Positions 1 to 12,399 of a stretch of 64,000 nucleotides of DNA are shown piece after piece (the first letter of the stretch is position 1; each line of letters begins with the position of its first letter). The notes under the pieces were generated by a model, which worked only from the letters and a program-made list of their open reading frames with translations, had not been told where the DNA came from and did no database searches. The DNA is from Camelus ferus (taxonomy: Eukaryota). A program made the position numbers and the translations under genes. Location: positions 74,526,001 through 74,590,000 of the forward strand of contig NC_045697.1 in the NCBI RefSeq assembly GCF_009834535.1, in the 5' to 3' direction.

Positions 1-29
1 TAGACAACGTGGTGAGAGGGTGACAATCT

Positions 30-290
30 TGTGGCAGTGGCAGCCACTTGCCACCATCAGGGGACCATCTGGAGTGGCCACAAGAACTTTAGAGTCTGAG
101 GATAAACTTGAGCCTGTAGAAAACAGAAAGAAATACAGAGAGAACCTGGGTCCTTGGAGACATGGCTGAGTCACTAAATCAAGCCTTCCCTGAAGCTAGC
201 TTTTCTCTTGGCCTTTGAGTTATGTGAGCCAGGCAAGTCTCTCTGTAGTCTAAGCCAGTTATCTGTCCCTGTAACACAGAGGGCTGTGCT
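30..290 (+). mobile_element. Old MaLR LTR fragment (MLT1J/K/L-like)
   Basis: Typical motifs gcagccacttgccaccat, cctgggtccttgg..catggctgag, ttatgtgagcca, taagccagtt. Confidence 0.65.
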
Positions 291-1102
291 CCTGTCCTTG
301 AAGACTGCTTCCATGACTCATTTGTCTGTGCTTCCTCCACATCCACTAACACTGTGCTTTGCTCAGACTAGGTGCAAAAACACTGTTGCAAAATAGAGGT
401 ACTTCATTATTTATCACTCAGTGCATCTGTGAAAGCAGCCTGTGTTGCTGTGGTGCTTATAGCTTTCCTTGACACACAAACATTTTTCATAGCTAGACCT
501 GTGCACTAATCTGCCACGTTAAGGCCGAAAATAGTTACAGTTTTCTAATACACACTGAATGTTGCCCTTAGAGAGCAGGTAATGAAAGTACAATTTGTGA
601 GCTGTATCATGTTACCATAAACTGGAATGGTTTTGGTCCTCACAACAGTATTGGAGACTTTCAGAGAAAGCTGTGAGTTTTTATTTATTTGATGGATTTT
701 TTTTCCCTTTAAAGAACTGTCATATTAAGAATTCTTTGAGAAAATGCAACCAAGCAGGACCCTATTGTCATTGGTGACCATCTGATATCTGTGTTGGTGT
801 TTGGAACTGTTTAGCTGTATGATGGTTTACAGGGTTTTCCTCATGCTTTTGCTGACCAGGGTTGGGCTGGAGAGGAGGGATGCTTGGATGGCCCACCCAA
901 ACCCCTCACGGTGCTGCAGGAGGGGAGCATGCTCAGTGCCCTGCTTTTGCCCTCAGTTCCCTGCTCCTGACCCCAGTGCCCTCCCCTTGAGCCTGACACC
1001 TCAGAAACAGCAGTTGGGTGTTTTGTGCCTCTTGTTGTTTATAACTTGCCTCAACTATGTATGTCTGCAATTGTTTTGACCTCTTGCAGTTTCCTTGTAT
1101 CC

Positions 1103-1578
1103 TGTTGTTCAAGCTGCAGGCCTCAGCCTACAGCAGGAGTTCCTAAGCCTCAGCCTGCTAAAAGCGTTTATCAACCTGACTTTAAACTGCACAAGTTTTT
1201 CTCTAAGGCTCCTTTCCATGGAGCCCCTCCCCATGCATCCTTTGTTCTAGGAACAAGATTAAGAGAGTCCCAAAGCCTGAGATGAGCGTCATACCCAGCA
1301 GAGGGAAGGGGACCACTGCATCTGCAAAACAACTTTACAACAATTTGTTACCCTGTATATGATCTCTATGGAAACTAGCTCTGCCCCTTGAACTCTTGAA
1401 CTTTCACTCTAAAACCCCCTGCCTTCTCTCCCAGCAGGCTCACAGTCTTAGAGGCATTAGCCCACTGTGAACATCTTTGCCTGGCAAAGAAATAAAGCTG
1501 CCTTTTCTACTTTATCTAAAACTCTGTCCTGGAGTCTCAATTCAGTAAGCGAGGTACAGAGGCCGTGTTTTGGCAACT
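1103..1578 (+). mobile_element. Solo ERV1-type LTR
   Basis: Starts TGTTG, ends ggcaac; AATAAA near 1490 followed by a U5-like tract; ~475 bp. No clear TSD. Confidence 0.7.
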
Positions 1579-4369
1579 AAACTGCTAATTAATTAGAATT
1601 TTCTACACAACTAAAGGAATTACATGCTTAGAGTCTATTACTATGGTGGAATCTAAACATACAACCATTTTACTGAACAACGTATTTTTTTGTAGTGCCC
1701 ATCTCTGAGGAATAAAAAGGTTTTATAGCTTTTTGCATAGAGGGCTGGGATTTTGATGCCTGAAAAATATCTGTGTCACCTTGAGCAGGTCGTTTAACTT
1801 CTCCTGGCCAGATCTTCTTCTGTAAGATAGGAGAGTGGATCTCAGGAAAGTTCGTTGTCTTAATAGTCCTCAGCTGCTCACTAGATACAGTTAGCAATTT
1901 GAATATTTAGTGGTGTTTCCTTCATGGGGACTCAGAAATGATTGGAATTCGCCGTCGTCCATGAAGTGCCTTTTCTGGAGCTCGGAGCATGTGGGCTAAT
2001 AAATGGTGGTGGATGGAAATTTAAACAAGCAGGGAAATGCCGGTCCTATTTGAATCAATCTACCCAAAGAGTTGCTTGACCTACTGACTTTGGGCTTTAC
2101 TCTGGCTCAGGAGTATATGTGGCCCTCACCTCAGACTGCTTATCTGTTTGCAGAAACAAACCCAGTGGACATGAAATAATAACAGAGATGACTGCTCTCA
2201 ATTAAGTGCCAGTATGTATGGCAAAGACCGGGAGGTGCTGAAAGAAGTTAGAGGACTGGGGTATCTTAGAGGGTGGAAAAGGTCAGAGGAGGTTTACAGA
2301 AGATAAAGGACTTGAGGTGATCCTTAAAAAGAAGGATTTGGAATGTGTGTGTGCGTGTTTATAGGAAGAAGGTTCAGGGACTTAAGATAAAATCTAACGT
2401 TGGGGCTCTGTTCCGCTAGGTTTCTGCTTCAGTAAGCTGGGACTCCTCCGCTACTGTATCTTTAAAGCTTTTTTAGTGCTGTGGGAAATCACCCCTCACT
2501 GGGGTCAGAATATTATGGCCCTGACTTAAGCCTCAGCCTCGAAGAGTGCACATTTCCTGCACGGCAAGACCACGCATGGGTAACGTAACCCGCATGTTAG
2601 GGAGCCAGTAAATAAATCAACCTTCACATTCCAGATCAATCCATCCAGCCTCGGACAATGACTTAGGGTTTGTACTGCTTGGTTAAATATTAGTCCAGGG
2701 TGCCCAAGTCAGCTCACACACTGAGATTTCTGGAGGAAAAGTGCATCAGCAGTGAGCCTGGTTTGTGATCAGAGCCTGGGCCCCTAAAATGAGATCGCTT
2801 GGATGTGAAGCAATAGAAAGATGGGAAAAAACCATGTGAGTGAGAGGCCTCCAAACACAGCAAACCCAGATAAAGTGGAACAATGCCCACGATCATTTTA
2901 AAAATGAACACAAGTAAACAGAGCTCCTCAAGGACTCATCAGCTTAATTTACATTCTAAGAGAACTGTATCCAGGAGTACTTACAATAATACCAACTTCT
3001 TGTCTGAAATGCTCTACAGTGTGTATTCCTTCACTGATACCAAGCTATGACCCTGGCAGGTAGGCCTCATTTCCATTTTAAGATGAACAAAACAGGTGTC
3101 AGAGAGAAGAAATTCCTTATTCAAAGCTGCACAGCTGGAAGGGCGAGTACCTACTGATATAATGAGACTTAAGAAAAAACCCAAGGATGCACCTGCCTAA
3201 TCATGTACCTATATGCTGTTTGTAATGACAAAATATTGTCCCATGCTGTGGCTTTCTGAAATAAATTACACTACACCTATAGAGTGGGGTACTCGGCATT
3301 AAAATCTATTCTGAGGACCTACGTCTATTAACATAAAAAGATATTCATGTTATATTGCTGTTAGAAAAGCAGCTCCCAACTTGAATATAGGGTAAGATTC
3401 TCTGTTTGAAAATAAAGTATTTGCAGAGTAAAAAAAAAACAACCCAGTGATATCTATCTATCTATCTATCTCAAAGGATTATTAATAACGTGGAATTGTG
3501 GATGTTTTTATGCTTATCTGTTTCTGTTCTTTTGAATCTTTAAATCTTTCTGGTTTGAGATTTTGCTTCTGAAATAAGAACTAAAAATCAAAACAAAACA
3601 AAAAAAAAGCAAGAAAGAAAAAAGACAAACTCTACGGGGAAAGCTAAGAGTTTACCTGTACTAAAATATTCACTCCACTGATTTGTCTGTGTCTGGAACT
3701 TCAACCATTATCACTTTGGGGATGAACACTGTTTCCAAGGACATGAATTCCTGGGGCAGTGCCACTAATTCACACTCTCACATCCCCATGGCTTAGCGAG
3801 AGATGAGCCAACTCCCATCTAGAAAAGTCTGGAGCAGGCCTTGCAGGAAATTTTGTGTTTGCCCCGTGCACCGGAGGCAGCTCTCAGGGAGGACAGAGCT
3901 TCTCAGCGGGGCCTGAGAAGCACAAACTCTTAGGTCTTAGGAGGAGATGGGGAAGGGAGTCTGGAACAGCAATGTGCTGCTCTTGGTGACAGAGGGAGAT
4001 GGAGAGAAGCATGAACCCGCAGGGACTGTAGCCATCTCAGCTTCGGTCTGAGCTAGCGTTAAGTGTTAATGAAGCCGGTGTAGGTGGAAACATGTCTTCA
4101 GCCTGGTAAAGTCAAGCCCTGGGCCTCCGTGCAGAACTCTTCAGAGTGTGAGGCAGGGGGATTAACCTCTGTGAGGAAGTGAAGGTGTCAGTGTCGAAGC
4201 TGGAATGGGCAGGAGCCAGTGAGCCCTTGAGGAATTAACCCTAAATTAACAATGGAGCCACCTGAGCTTTGGCCTTATTAGTTGACATAGTACCTTCTGT
4301 TGTTGTTAAACTAGTTGAATCAAGGGTTTCTGTTGCCGGCAACACAAGCTCCCACCGAACCTGCCCACA

Positions 4370-4540
4370 CTTAATGAGCACACACATGTGCCAGGCATTG
4401 TGTCTTGGCTTTGTGTGTGTTACTTCATTCAGGCCTCACACAACCCTATGACGGGCACCTCATTGTCAGCCTCGGTCGGAAAACTAGGAAAGGTGCCCAG
4501 GGAGGTTTAGGAATGGACCCAGATTACACAACCGTGGGGA
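4370..4540 (-). mobile_element. MIR SINE
   Basis: ttaatgagca..tgtgccaggcattgtg..cctcacacaaccctatga core. Confidence 0.7.
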
Positions 4541-4809
4541 GGCTGGTCTGTGTTTGAACGCCCCATTCTGAGCTGCTCACAGTGGTTCTATTCACCTTTC
4601 TCATGTATCATTAGATAACATTAGATCGCTCTGTTAATGTATTTTACCCAAGAGTTATTAGTAAATGAAAAGAAAGAATTTGAGCCACAGTTCCAAAGCA
4701 CCTTCTGTCTTCTTGCAGTCTGGTCTCCTCTGCAAAAGCCAAATTTAGTGCAGCTAGTTTGTTCAGAGAAGTGAGACGGGGAAGGAGGTGAGTAGGGGGC
4801 AGCCTAAGA

Positions 4810-4955
4810 ATTTCAACTCTTGACTCCTGGGCAAGGTATTAAATTCCTTGAGCCTCAGTTTCATCATCTGTAATACATGTAGTGGGGAAGACCTATCTCT
4901 CAGGGTTAGTGCGCGAGTTAAGAGGGAAACATACAGTGCGTAAAGCACCCAGCTC
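4810..4955 (+). mobile_element. MIR SINE
   Basis: gggcaaggtattaaattccttgagcctcagtttcatcatctgtaa..gtaaagcac. Confidence 0.8.
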
Positions 4956-5184
4956 CGAGCCTAGCTGGTTAGAGCCTAGCTTGTTACAGAGAAGAAGGTA
5001 CTTACTGGGAAACACGGTCCTTTGCTGGTGATGAAAACAGCCTTGGGAGTTCAGGCTGACCAGGACTCTAATTTTTCCTCAGTTTCCTACTTTCTCCCTA
5101 AAATAAAAAGAATCACATTATACACAAATATATATTTATATGCATAAATAAATGTATATATATTTATATGTATAAACAAATAAA

Positions 5185-5480
5185 TATGTATTTGGCCTCC
5201 ATTCTGGACACCATACACTGAGATAGTAGTGAGTTACTACTATACATAGTAACAGTCTCCATTATCTTGGAAATTACAATCTGGTAGAGATACAGATATA
5301 ACAAAGGAGATAGTGACATGGTATATGAAGTTCTGAGATGGAGAATTTCAGGGTTCAATAGAAATGCATGAGAGGTCGATTCAACCTGGTCTTGGAGTGT
5401 CAGGGGAGGCTCCTTGGAGGAAAGGACTTTAAAGGTGAGCACTGGACCATGAGTAGGCAGGGTCCAGGCTGAAGTAGGTG
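5185..5480 (-). mobile_element. L2 LINE fragment
   Basis: Antisense L2 3' motifs (gtcaggggaggctccttggaggaa). Confidence 0.6.
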
Positions 5481-6429
5481 AGGAGAAACAGGAAGGGGAA
5501 AGAGGACTCAGGCCTAAGATGGTTGAGGAGGTAAAATATGACCATGTATGTGAATTAATATAGTGCCCCAGCAATTTGAATGTGTTCAATAAATGGCAGT
5601 CATTTCCTTATATTAGAACACTTGAAATACATGTATTTCTCGAAGTGCATTTCCAGCTTCAGAATGAATGCTCTCCATTCACTCTCAAGTGTTTTTCTGA
5701 ATCTCACCAGCATTATTTTATATAAAACCTTCTGAAGACCCACAACTGTACTCTGATTGAAGTCTTCAAGCAGCGGCAGAAAGGATGCCCCTCTTCCCTT
5801 CCTCACAGATGGTAAGAGGCAGAGAGAGCAAAGCCTCACTAAGCGAAAGCAACAAAGGATGTCAGTCTTCTGAGGCTGCAGAAATACATTCAAAGCTCCC
5901 TTCACAAGTGGTTCCATTACTTTTCAGTTCATCTAAGAGGAAGGGAAAACCTAGAATTTCCTAATAGTTAAGTGATCAGAATCATATTCACTTTGCAGAC
6001 AAAATCTAGTGGTGCCAAGTCTTGCTTCTGCTTCTGCTCTCTTGGCAAGTGGCCTGCATCTTGACGTATCTTTATGATGCTTCAGAATAATTTCTCCTTG
6101 AATCTGATTCTCCACACACACTGGATTATTAGGGAAAGATAATGTTCAGTTCTGAGGACAACCTCTTAAGAGAGATATGAACAAAGTGAAGCACATGCGC
6201 AGGAGAAGGTCCCAAAGTGTGAAGAGCCTTGGGACCACGTTAAATAAAACCAAACACTGGGCCACTTTGCCACCTTGCATGGAAGGGGTTACTAATGGAG
6301 CTGCTTTCTCTGTTAGGCTGTGCAGAGAGGGTATACAGTGAGGATATCATACTAAGTTTCAGAATCCTGTGTCATTAAAAATTAAGGTGAAAGCTTTTAG
6401 CCAAACCAAGTCTGAAGTCGAAAAGTCTT

Positions 6430-7075
6430 ATAAAACACTGTTGGCGAAGATGCTCTCATCCACTGCTGGTGGAAGTGTAAACTGGTACAATCCCTTTGGA
6501 AGATGGACTCTCTGGGAGAGGTGAACATACACATCTCTGGTGCATCCTAGCATTTCCCCTCCTGGGGAATTTTATGCCCCAGATCATATATACAAGAATG
6601 TCTGGAGCAGTAGTGTTCATAATTGCTCAATGATGGAACCAACCCAAATGACCAACAAAAGTAGAAAGGATAAATGAGTTGTGCTATAGTCACACAATGG
6701 AATACTATACAGCAATGAGGAAAATACATTATAGTTATAGGCAACAACGAGTAACTATAATGTACAAAAAAGACACATTCAAAATAACACATATTGTGTG
6801 ATTGCATTTATTTGAAGTTCAAAATTAAATCAACTAAATTATGATATTAGGGATACCCAAATATAAAGGTAGGGAAATCAAGGAAGTAATTATAACAAAG
6901 TCAGGATAGTGGGGAGGGAGGATGTTATGCTTGGGAAGGGACATACTGGAAACTTCCGGGGTCTAGCGGTGTCCTGTTGCTTGACCTGAGAGATGTTATG
7001 CATTTCTTTTATAATTATTTATTAATTACACATTTATGTTTTATCTAATTTTTTTGTATGTAAAAAATGTAAGAA
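6430..7075 (+). mobile_element. Old L1 (L1ME-like) 3' end
   Basis: ctgctggtggaagtgtaaactggtacaa, cacaatggaatactatacagcaatga, tgtgtgattgcatttat. Confidence 0.8.
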
Positions 7076-7729
7076 AAACCTTTTATGACCTTTTGAACAA
7101 ATGGTGGCCTGTTGAGCAAATCATTAATAAAATCATTCTCTAATGAACTTCCAGAGAGAAAACTATTCTCAAAGAGCCTCTGTTAAGAGCTTAAATTATC
7201 TCTAAATTCAAGACCTTTGGACACAACTGGTTTTGCTATAACCAGGAAAGGCTTCTTTCCAGATAAAGCAGATAATCTGGCTCTAATTCTCTGAAAAGCA
7301 GGTTGGAGGGCTGGAAGGAAGATCTGTCCTCTTTGATAACCTGTTGCTGATGAACAAAATAAACTGGTGGGATCTGGTATAGACTAGAAAGCCAGTGTGT
7401 TTCTGAAATGAAGGTAATTGTTTCCAGAAAAACTTGGAAACATTAACCAGAGTCCCCAGGGGAGGGCTGCCTGACAGATTATGTTTTTCCTTCTTACTTG
7501 TGCAGTTTCGGAATAAAACCTGAGACGTGCCTTGAGTTTCATTCTCTTCTACATTTAAAAATCTATTAATCAAATAAAATAATACAAAAAAACTACAATA
7601 AATGAACATGTGTTGTACAGTTTTTATTACTCTCACTAAAGACTTCATGGCTTCATTACTCTAAGTGGATAGAAATGTTCAGGCCCAGGTTATTGAATAC
7701 CAGAGTTATTCCATCTGGAAACCTTTTAA

Positions 7730-9082
7730 AATATGCGTAGATTAGCATCTTACACTTTTTGATATAGTCACATTTATATACAACTGCAAAAGGCAATGAA
7801 GTACAAAGAATCAAAGCAACCATAATCAACTATATTCATCATAGATAATATTGTTATCCCTGTTCTCTGTTTTTAAATTTTAAAGGAAAATGGTAAATGT
7901 CATTGCATAGGTAGACTCTGCTCTTAGATGCTGGAAACTGTACGTAGTTCTGCACATATCTGAGTCCCTACGTAACTGAGGCTCCAACGTATTCCAGATC
8001 AAGTTGGCCAGAAGAAAATCATCCATTGCTGGAGTTTCATTGCTAGTGAGAGACAAACTCCCTAAGTTTTCAAAACCAGTACTCATTATCTGTGTTCTAG
8101 CAATTGGGCCTTGCTTTAGTAGTGAAGATCCCCTCTGGCTGAGTTTCTGAGTCAGATGAATTAGAACTCATGGAAAAGCATTTCAGAGTGTTTCAGAATA
8201 CGTACATCCCCGAGGCAGACGAGGGCTACTGTCTAACTAGACGTTTAGGCCTGTCTGTGGCTGCATGTCAAATATTTCTAGGTCCAGGAAGTTAGAATCT
8301 CCTCTACAACTGTAGGACGGAGGAGAGGTCTCTGCAAACAGAATGGCAGTTTGGGTTTCTACTTCCTGTGAGTCCAAAACTAGTCCAGTGTTCATGTAGT
8401 AAAGTTTGCTCTCCAGTTTGAGTTTGGTGTTTTGAGGCTGAAAAGATCTCTTTGATATAAACATCGATTCTGAGATTCTGTTGGGTCAGATGATTGCCAT
8501 GTGCTGGGTCCAGCATTCACGTCAGGGCAGACTTTGATTATCAAGCATCTGACCATGCTGATGACTTGACAAGGTAATGGTCTTATTTGACAACTTCTGG
8601 TTGTGCCTGGAGCTTTCCACTTTCCTTTCCCTGAAGATTCCTATGCTCTGCAGGGATCTCACAGGGATCTCACTGCCCTTTGGATAAACGTGTGACTGTA
8701 ATGAAGCTCTACTGGCATCAGGACCGCCACGTGGATGCCTGAAGGTCTTGCCATAATCCTTGGAAGTTCTTTCAAGTCTCATTCAGTCCCAGAAGAATTG
8801 CTCCTTTTACATTTATGCTTCGTGTCAGCATGCATTTTCATAAAGGGCTCCTAGGGCATGCTTCAAGGGGATGACAGTAGAATTTGCAGTTTTCAAATCT
8901 ATTCTTATGGTTGGATTGTCCTGTAGATGGTGGCTCTCTGCCAGGTGCACACTAAGCAGAGCTGCATACAACACAGAGGGTCACAGGGTGTTGGTCCCGT
9001 GGGGCTGGGGTGGTGCACTCAGCACAGGCTGGAGCAGCCCCTTAGCGGCCCTCCACCCCCTCAGAGCCCCTGGGGCTCCTGG
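7730..9082 (-). pseudogene. ATMIN: Processed pseudogene (retrocopy) of ATMIN/ASCIZ, 5'-truncated and internally deleted
   Basis: Collinear minus-strand peptides match recalled ATMIN: HLAESHHLQDNPTIRIDLKT, FMKMHADTKHKC..GTE*DLK, DYGKTF..ASRASLQSHVY..EIP, RKVES..NQKLSNKTI, LSS..QMLDNQSL, IDVYIKEIFSASKHQTQT, VETQT..SYSCRGDSNFLDLEIFD, MSTGFENLGSL..SNET.AMDDFLLANLIWNTLE, TQICAELRTVSSI* (TAA 7924-7926), then 3'UTR-like sequence. No introns; several frameshifts and stops. Left boundary approximate. Confidence 0.92.
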
Positions 9083-9189
9083 AAAATAACCTTTGACCCT
9101 CACTCCCTCTATAAACAATGAAGAGAACACTTAATTATAGAAGAAATTATTTTAGGAGTTAAATATTCCATTTCCTTGAGGCCTCCAGG

Positions 9190-9540
9190 CAAAGTAACAG
9201 TTTTCAGGAAATAAGGAGAATAGAGAAACATGTTAAATATGTTTTTCCATGGGAAAGCAATCGGAAAAATCCAGATTGTGGGAAATTACAGCCCAAATGA
9301 CTTGATTTCCTCAATAAATTGTAAGAAAAGAAAAAGAAAACAAAATTAAAAGAGACTTTAAAGCATATCAACCAAATGTGATTTATGGGCCTTACTTGTT
9401 TGTATCCTAGTTTGAATGTATCAACTATAAAATAAAACAAAGACTAAGAGAATATTAATAAGAGAATCAGGGAAATTTGAATACGGCCTGGATAGTTGAT
9501 GACATTAAACAACTATTATTAATTTTGTATTTAAAAAGTT
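9190..9540 (+). mobile_element. Old L1 (L1MC/ME-like) 3' fragment
   Basis: aaatccagattgtggga, gagactttaaagcatatcaaccaaatg, gggaaatttgaatacggcctggatagttgatgacattaa. Confidence 0.7.
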
Positions 9541-9626
9541 CCATTTCTCCAAGGCCTGTAGATCAGATTCACATTGGTTTAGATATTTACTACAAACACA
9601 CACACACACACACACAAATAAACCAA

Positions 9627-9752
9627 TGTGTTAGGACTGAATTGTGTCTGCCACAAATTCTTGTCAGAGCTCTAAGACCCAATGTGATTGCACTTGGAGA
9701 TAGGGCCTTTAAGGAGGTAAATAAAGTTAAATGAGATAAGAGTGAGGTCTTA
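9627..9752 (+). mobile_element. MaLR LTR 5' fragment (MLT1A/B-like)
   Basis: ggactgaattgtgtc..ttggagatagggcctttaaggaggtaa..gttaaatgag. Confidence 0.75.
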
Positions 9753-9754
9753 AA

Positions 9755-10825
9755 AGGCTTCCTTCAAGCTTGATAGGAGCTTCCAGAGCAACCTTTTATC
9801 TAGGGTTAATTTTGCTCCATTACTGAGGTAACAACTTAGTACTCTGCCTGATGCCCCCTGTGTTATGAGGTTTCCCCTGGCTGATGGGTACATGAACTGT
9901 CTGCAGCCCTTATGAGCTCTAGAAGTTTTCCACCTGTTTCTTTCTGATGGTTTTTTTTTCTGGCCTCTGGTATTTTTTCTCGTCAGTCTGTGCCGAACAA
10001 TACTCGGCTGCAGACTCCAGGCAGAACTCTGCAGGTTTTCTGTGTGTGCAGCTCTCTCCTTTCTTCTTTTCTGCCTTGTGAATTTACTCCTCTTGGGGTC
10101 CCCAGATTCTCAATTCTATCTCCTCAACTCAGGGAGACCACTGCCTCTGAGAGCTGCTTCTCTCCATGTTGCAGGTCGGGAACTCTCTAGGTAGGGAGCT
10201 GGGCCAGTTGTTGGCCTTCTCTCTGTGATCAATGTCTTGTATTGTCTGTTGACCAATATCTGAAAATCATTTTTTCACATGTTTTTTCCAGTTCTTCAGT
10301 TGTTTGAGGTGTGTATTAGTTTCCTAGGGCTGCTGTAAAAAATTACCCCCAACAGGGTGGCTTCAGACAACTGAAAACAACAGCAATTTACTCTCTCACA
10401 GTTCTGGAGGCCAGAAATCTGAAATCAAGGTGTCACAGTACACTTCTTCAGAACGTTCTAGTGAAGACTCCTTTTCCAGCTTCTGGTGGCTGTCCTGGCG
10501 TTCCTAGAATGTGGCTGCATCACCTCCTTCTCTGCCTGTGTCTTCATATCACCTTTTCTCTGTGTACCTGTGTTAACTTCCTTTGCTTCTCTCTTTTAAG
10601 GACATTTGTGACATTTAAGTCCCACCCAGATAATCCAGGATAATTGCTTCACCTTAAAATCCTCAATTTATACATCTGTAAATTCCCTTTTTTTTCCAAG
10701 TATGGTAACATCTACTAGTCCAGGGATTAGGGCTTGATATCTTTGGGTGGACATAATTCAACCTATTACAAGATGTAAGAGTAAATCAGTCCCTGTTATT
10801 CCATTTTGGTCTGAAGCAAAAGTCT
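9755..10825 (-). mobile_element. Old L1 (L1MC-like) fragment interrupted by an MLT1 LTR
   Basis: Antisense L1-like sequence resumes on both sides of the 10312-10770 LTR (gttgtttgagg | taagagtaaatcagtccctgttattccatt). Confidence 0.6.
10312..10770 (-). mobile_element. Solo MaLR LTR (MLT1C-like)
   Basis: tgtattagtttcctagggctgctgtaa..ctctcacagttctggaggccagaaatctgaaatcaaggtgtc..acataattcaacctattaca; near-perfect 5-bp TSD AGGTG/AGATG. Confidence 0.85.
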
Positions 10826-10899
10826 AGTGGGGAAGTACAGAGTGGGACAAGAAAAAGGTATATGGAGTAAGGAAGAAAGAAATGCCAGGGATTTCATTC

Positions 10900-12170
10900 T
10901 CCAAATAATGGGTTTAAATATTTTATACTGAACACCTAATATGTGATGGGGACATAGGATTAAACAAAATATCCTTCATGGAGATATTCTAATGAGAGGA
11001 AACAATAATTTAAATGATTGTCTTTACATGGTGATGAGGGCTATGGAAAAAAAAATAAAGCTGGGAAAGATATGGAAGGGGCTCCAGAAATGGGGTTGGG
11101 GTTACAATTTCAAATAGAGTGGGAATGGAAGGTCTGATTGAGAATGTGGTATTTGAGTAAAGACTTAAAGGAGGTGAAGGAGTGAGGCATGCAGATATTT
11201 GGTGAAAATATTTCAGGCAGATGGAATAGTGAAGGCAAGGGTCCCAAGATGGGTGTGTCCCTGGCGAGTTTGGAGAAAATGCTGGGACGCAGTTATCAGC
11301 TGGAGCAGAATGAGACACACTGAGGGACCACCTCAAGTAGGACACGGAGGGCTATGTGTAATGACTTCGAGCTTTTACCATGAATGAGATGGGAAGCCAT
11401 CTAGAGCACCATGGTGTGACTCAGACCTGAAAAGGAGTTCTCTAATTGTGGTTTTTGGGAATAGACTGCTGAGTAGTGAAGCCGGGAGATCTGTTAGGAG
11501 GCAATAATCCAGTGAGGGGATGATGGTGGCTTCAATTAGGAAGATGGCAGTGAAGGCGTGAGAGGTTGTCAGATTCTGGAATATTATGAGGGTAGAGCCA
11601 GCAGAAACTGCTGATGGACTGCATGTGAAATGTGAGAGAAGGAGAGGCATCCAGAAGAAATCCAAGATCTGGGGCCTGAGCAGTGGAAGGATAAAGGTGA
11701 GGTGGGGAAGACAGTAGGAGGAGCATGGAAAAGCAAAACAGAGAGACTCACAGACATAGAAAAGAAACTTATGGTTACTGGCGGGGGGGGAAGGGGATGG
11801 GGAGGGATAAACTGGGAGTTTGGGATTAGCAGATATACACTACTATATATAAAACAGATAAACAATAAGGACCTACTGTATAGCAGAGGGAACTCTATTA
11901 AATATCTTGTATATTTAATAATGAAAAAGAACATTGAAAAGAATATATATGTGTATGACTGAATCACTATGCTGTACATCAGTAAGTAGTACAACAGTGT
12001 AAATCAACAATACTTCAATAAAAAAAAGAGGGAAAAGTTTCTTTATTGGATTTTTAAGTTTAAGATGCCGATTAGACATCCAATTGAGATGTCAAAGAGA
12101 CTGTGGATGGACTGAGTCGGCATTTAGAGGTTAGGTCTGGTTTGGAAATATACATTCAGGAGTCAGCTGA
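10900..12170 (-). mobile_element. L2 LINE fragment, interrupted by a young L1
   Basis: Antisense L2 motifs (gagatgggaagccat, gtcagattctggaatatt, attagacatccaa..gagatgtc). Confidence 0.8.
11733..12027 (+). mobile_element. Young 5'-truncated L1 3' end (cetartiodactyl type) with poly(A)
   Basis: agactcacagacatagaa..cttatggttac..ggagggataaactgggagtttgggattagcagatatacactactatatataaaacagataaac..tacttcaataaaaaaaa; possible short TSD ggaaaag. Confidence 0.9.
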
Positions 12171-12399
12171 CAGGAAATGGAAAGGAACGAGGATCTTGAG
12201 CCCTGCTCTCTTTTAACCCGGGGGGTTTTGTGGGAAATGTTTCCAAGCACATAATTGTCCTGCCTGAGTTCAGTGCTCACTGGCAAAACTGAGTTTAAAA
12301 TATGAAAACGAGAAGACAGTAGAATAGAACTGAATTAAGGTCTAGGAAGTGCAATGGGTGGTGAGAGAGTGTCTGGAATTTAGCCTAAATTAGATTATT

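Noticed and set aside
11584..11994. 136-aa and 86-aa overlapping ORFs
   Set aside because: Chance translations of an L1 3' UTR and flanking L2.
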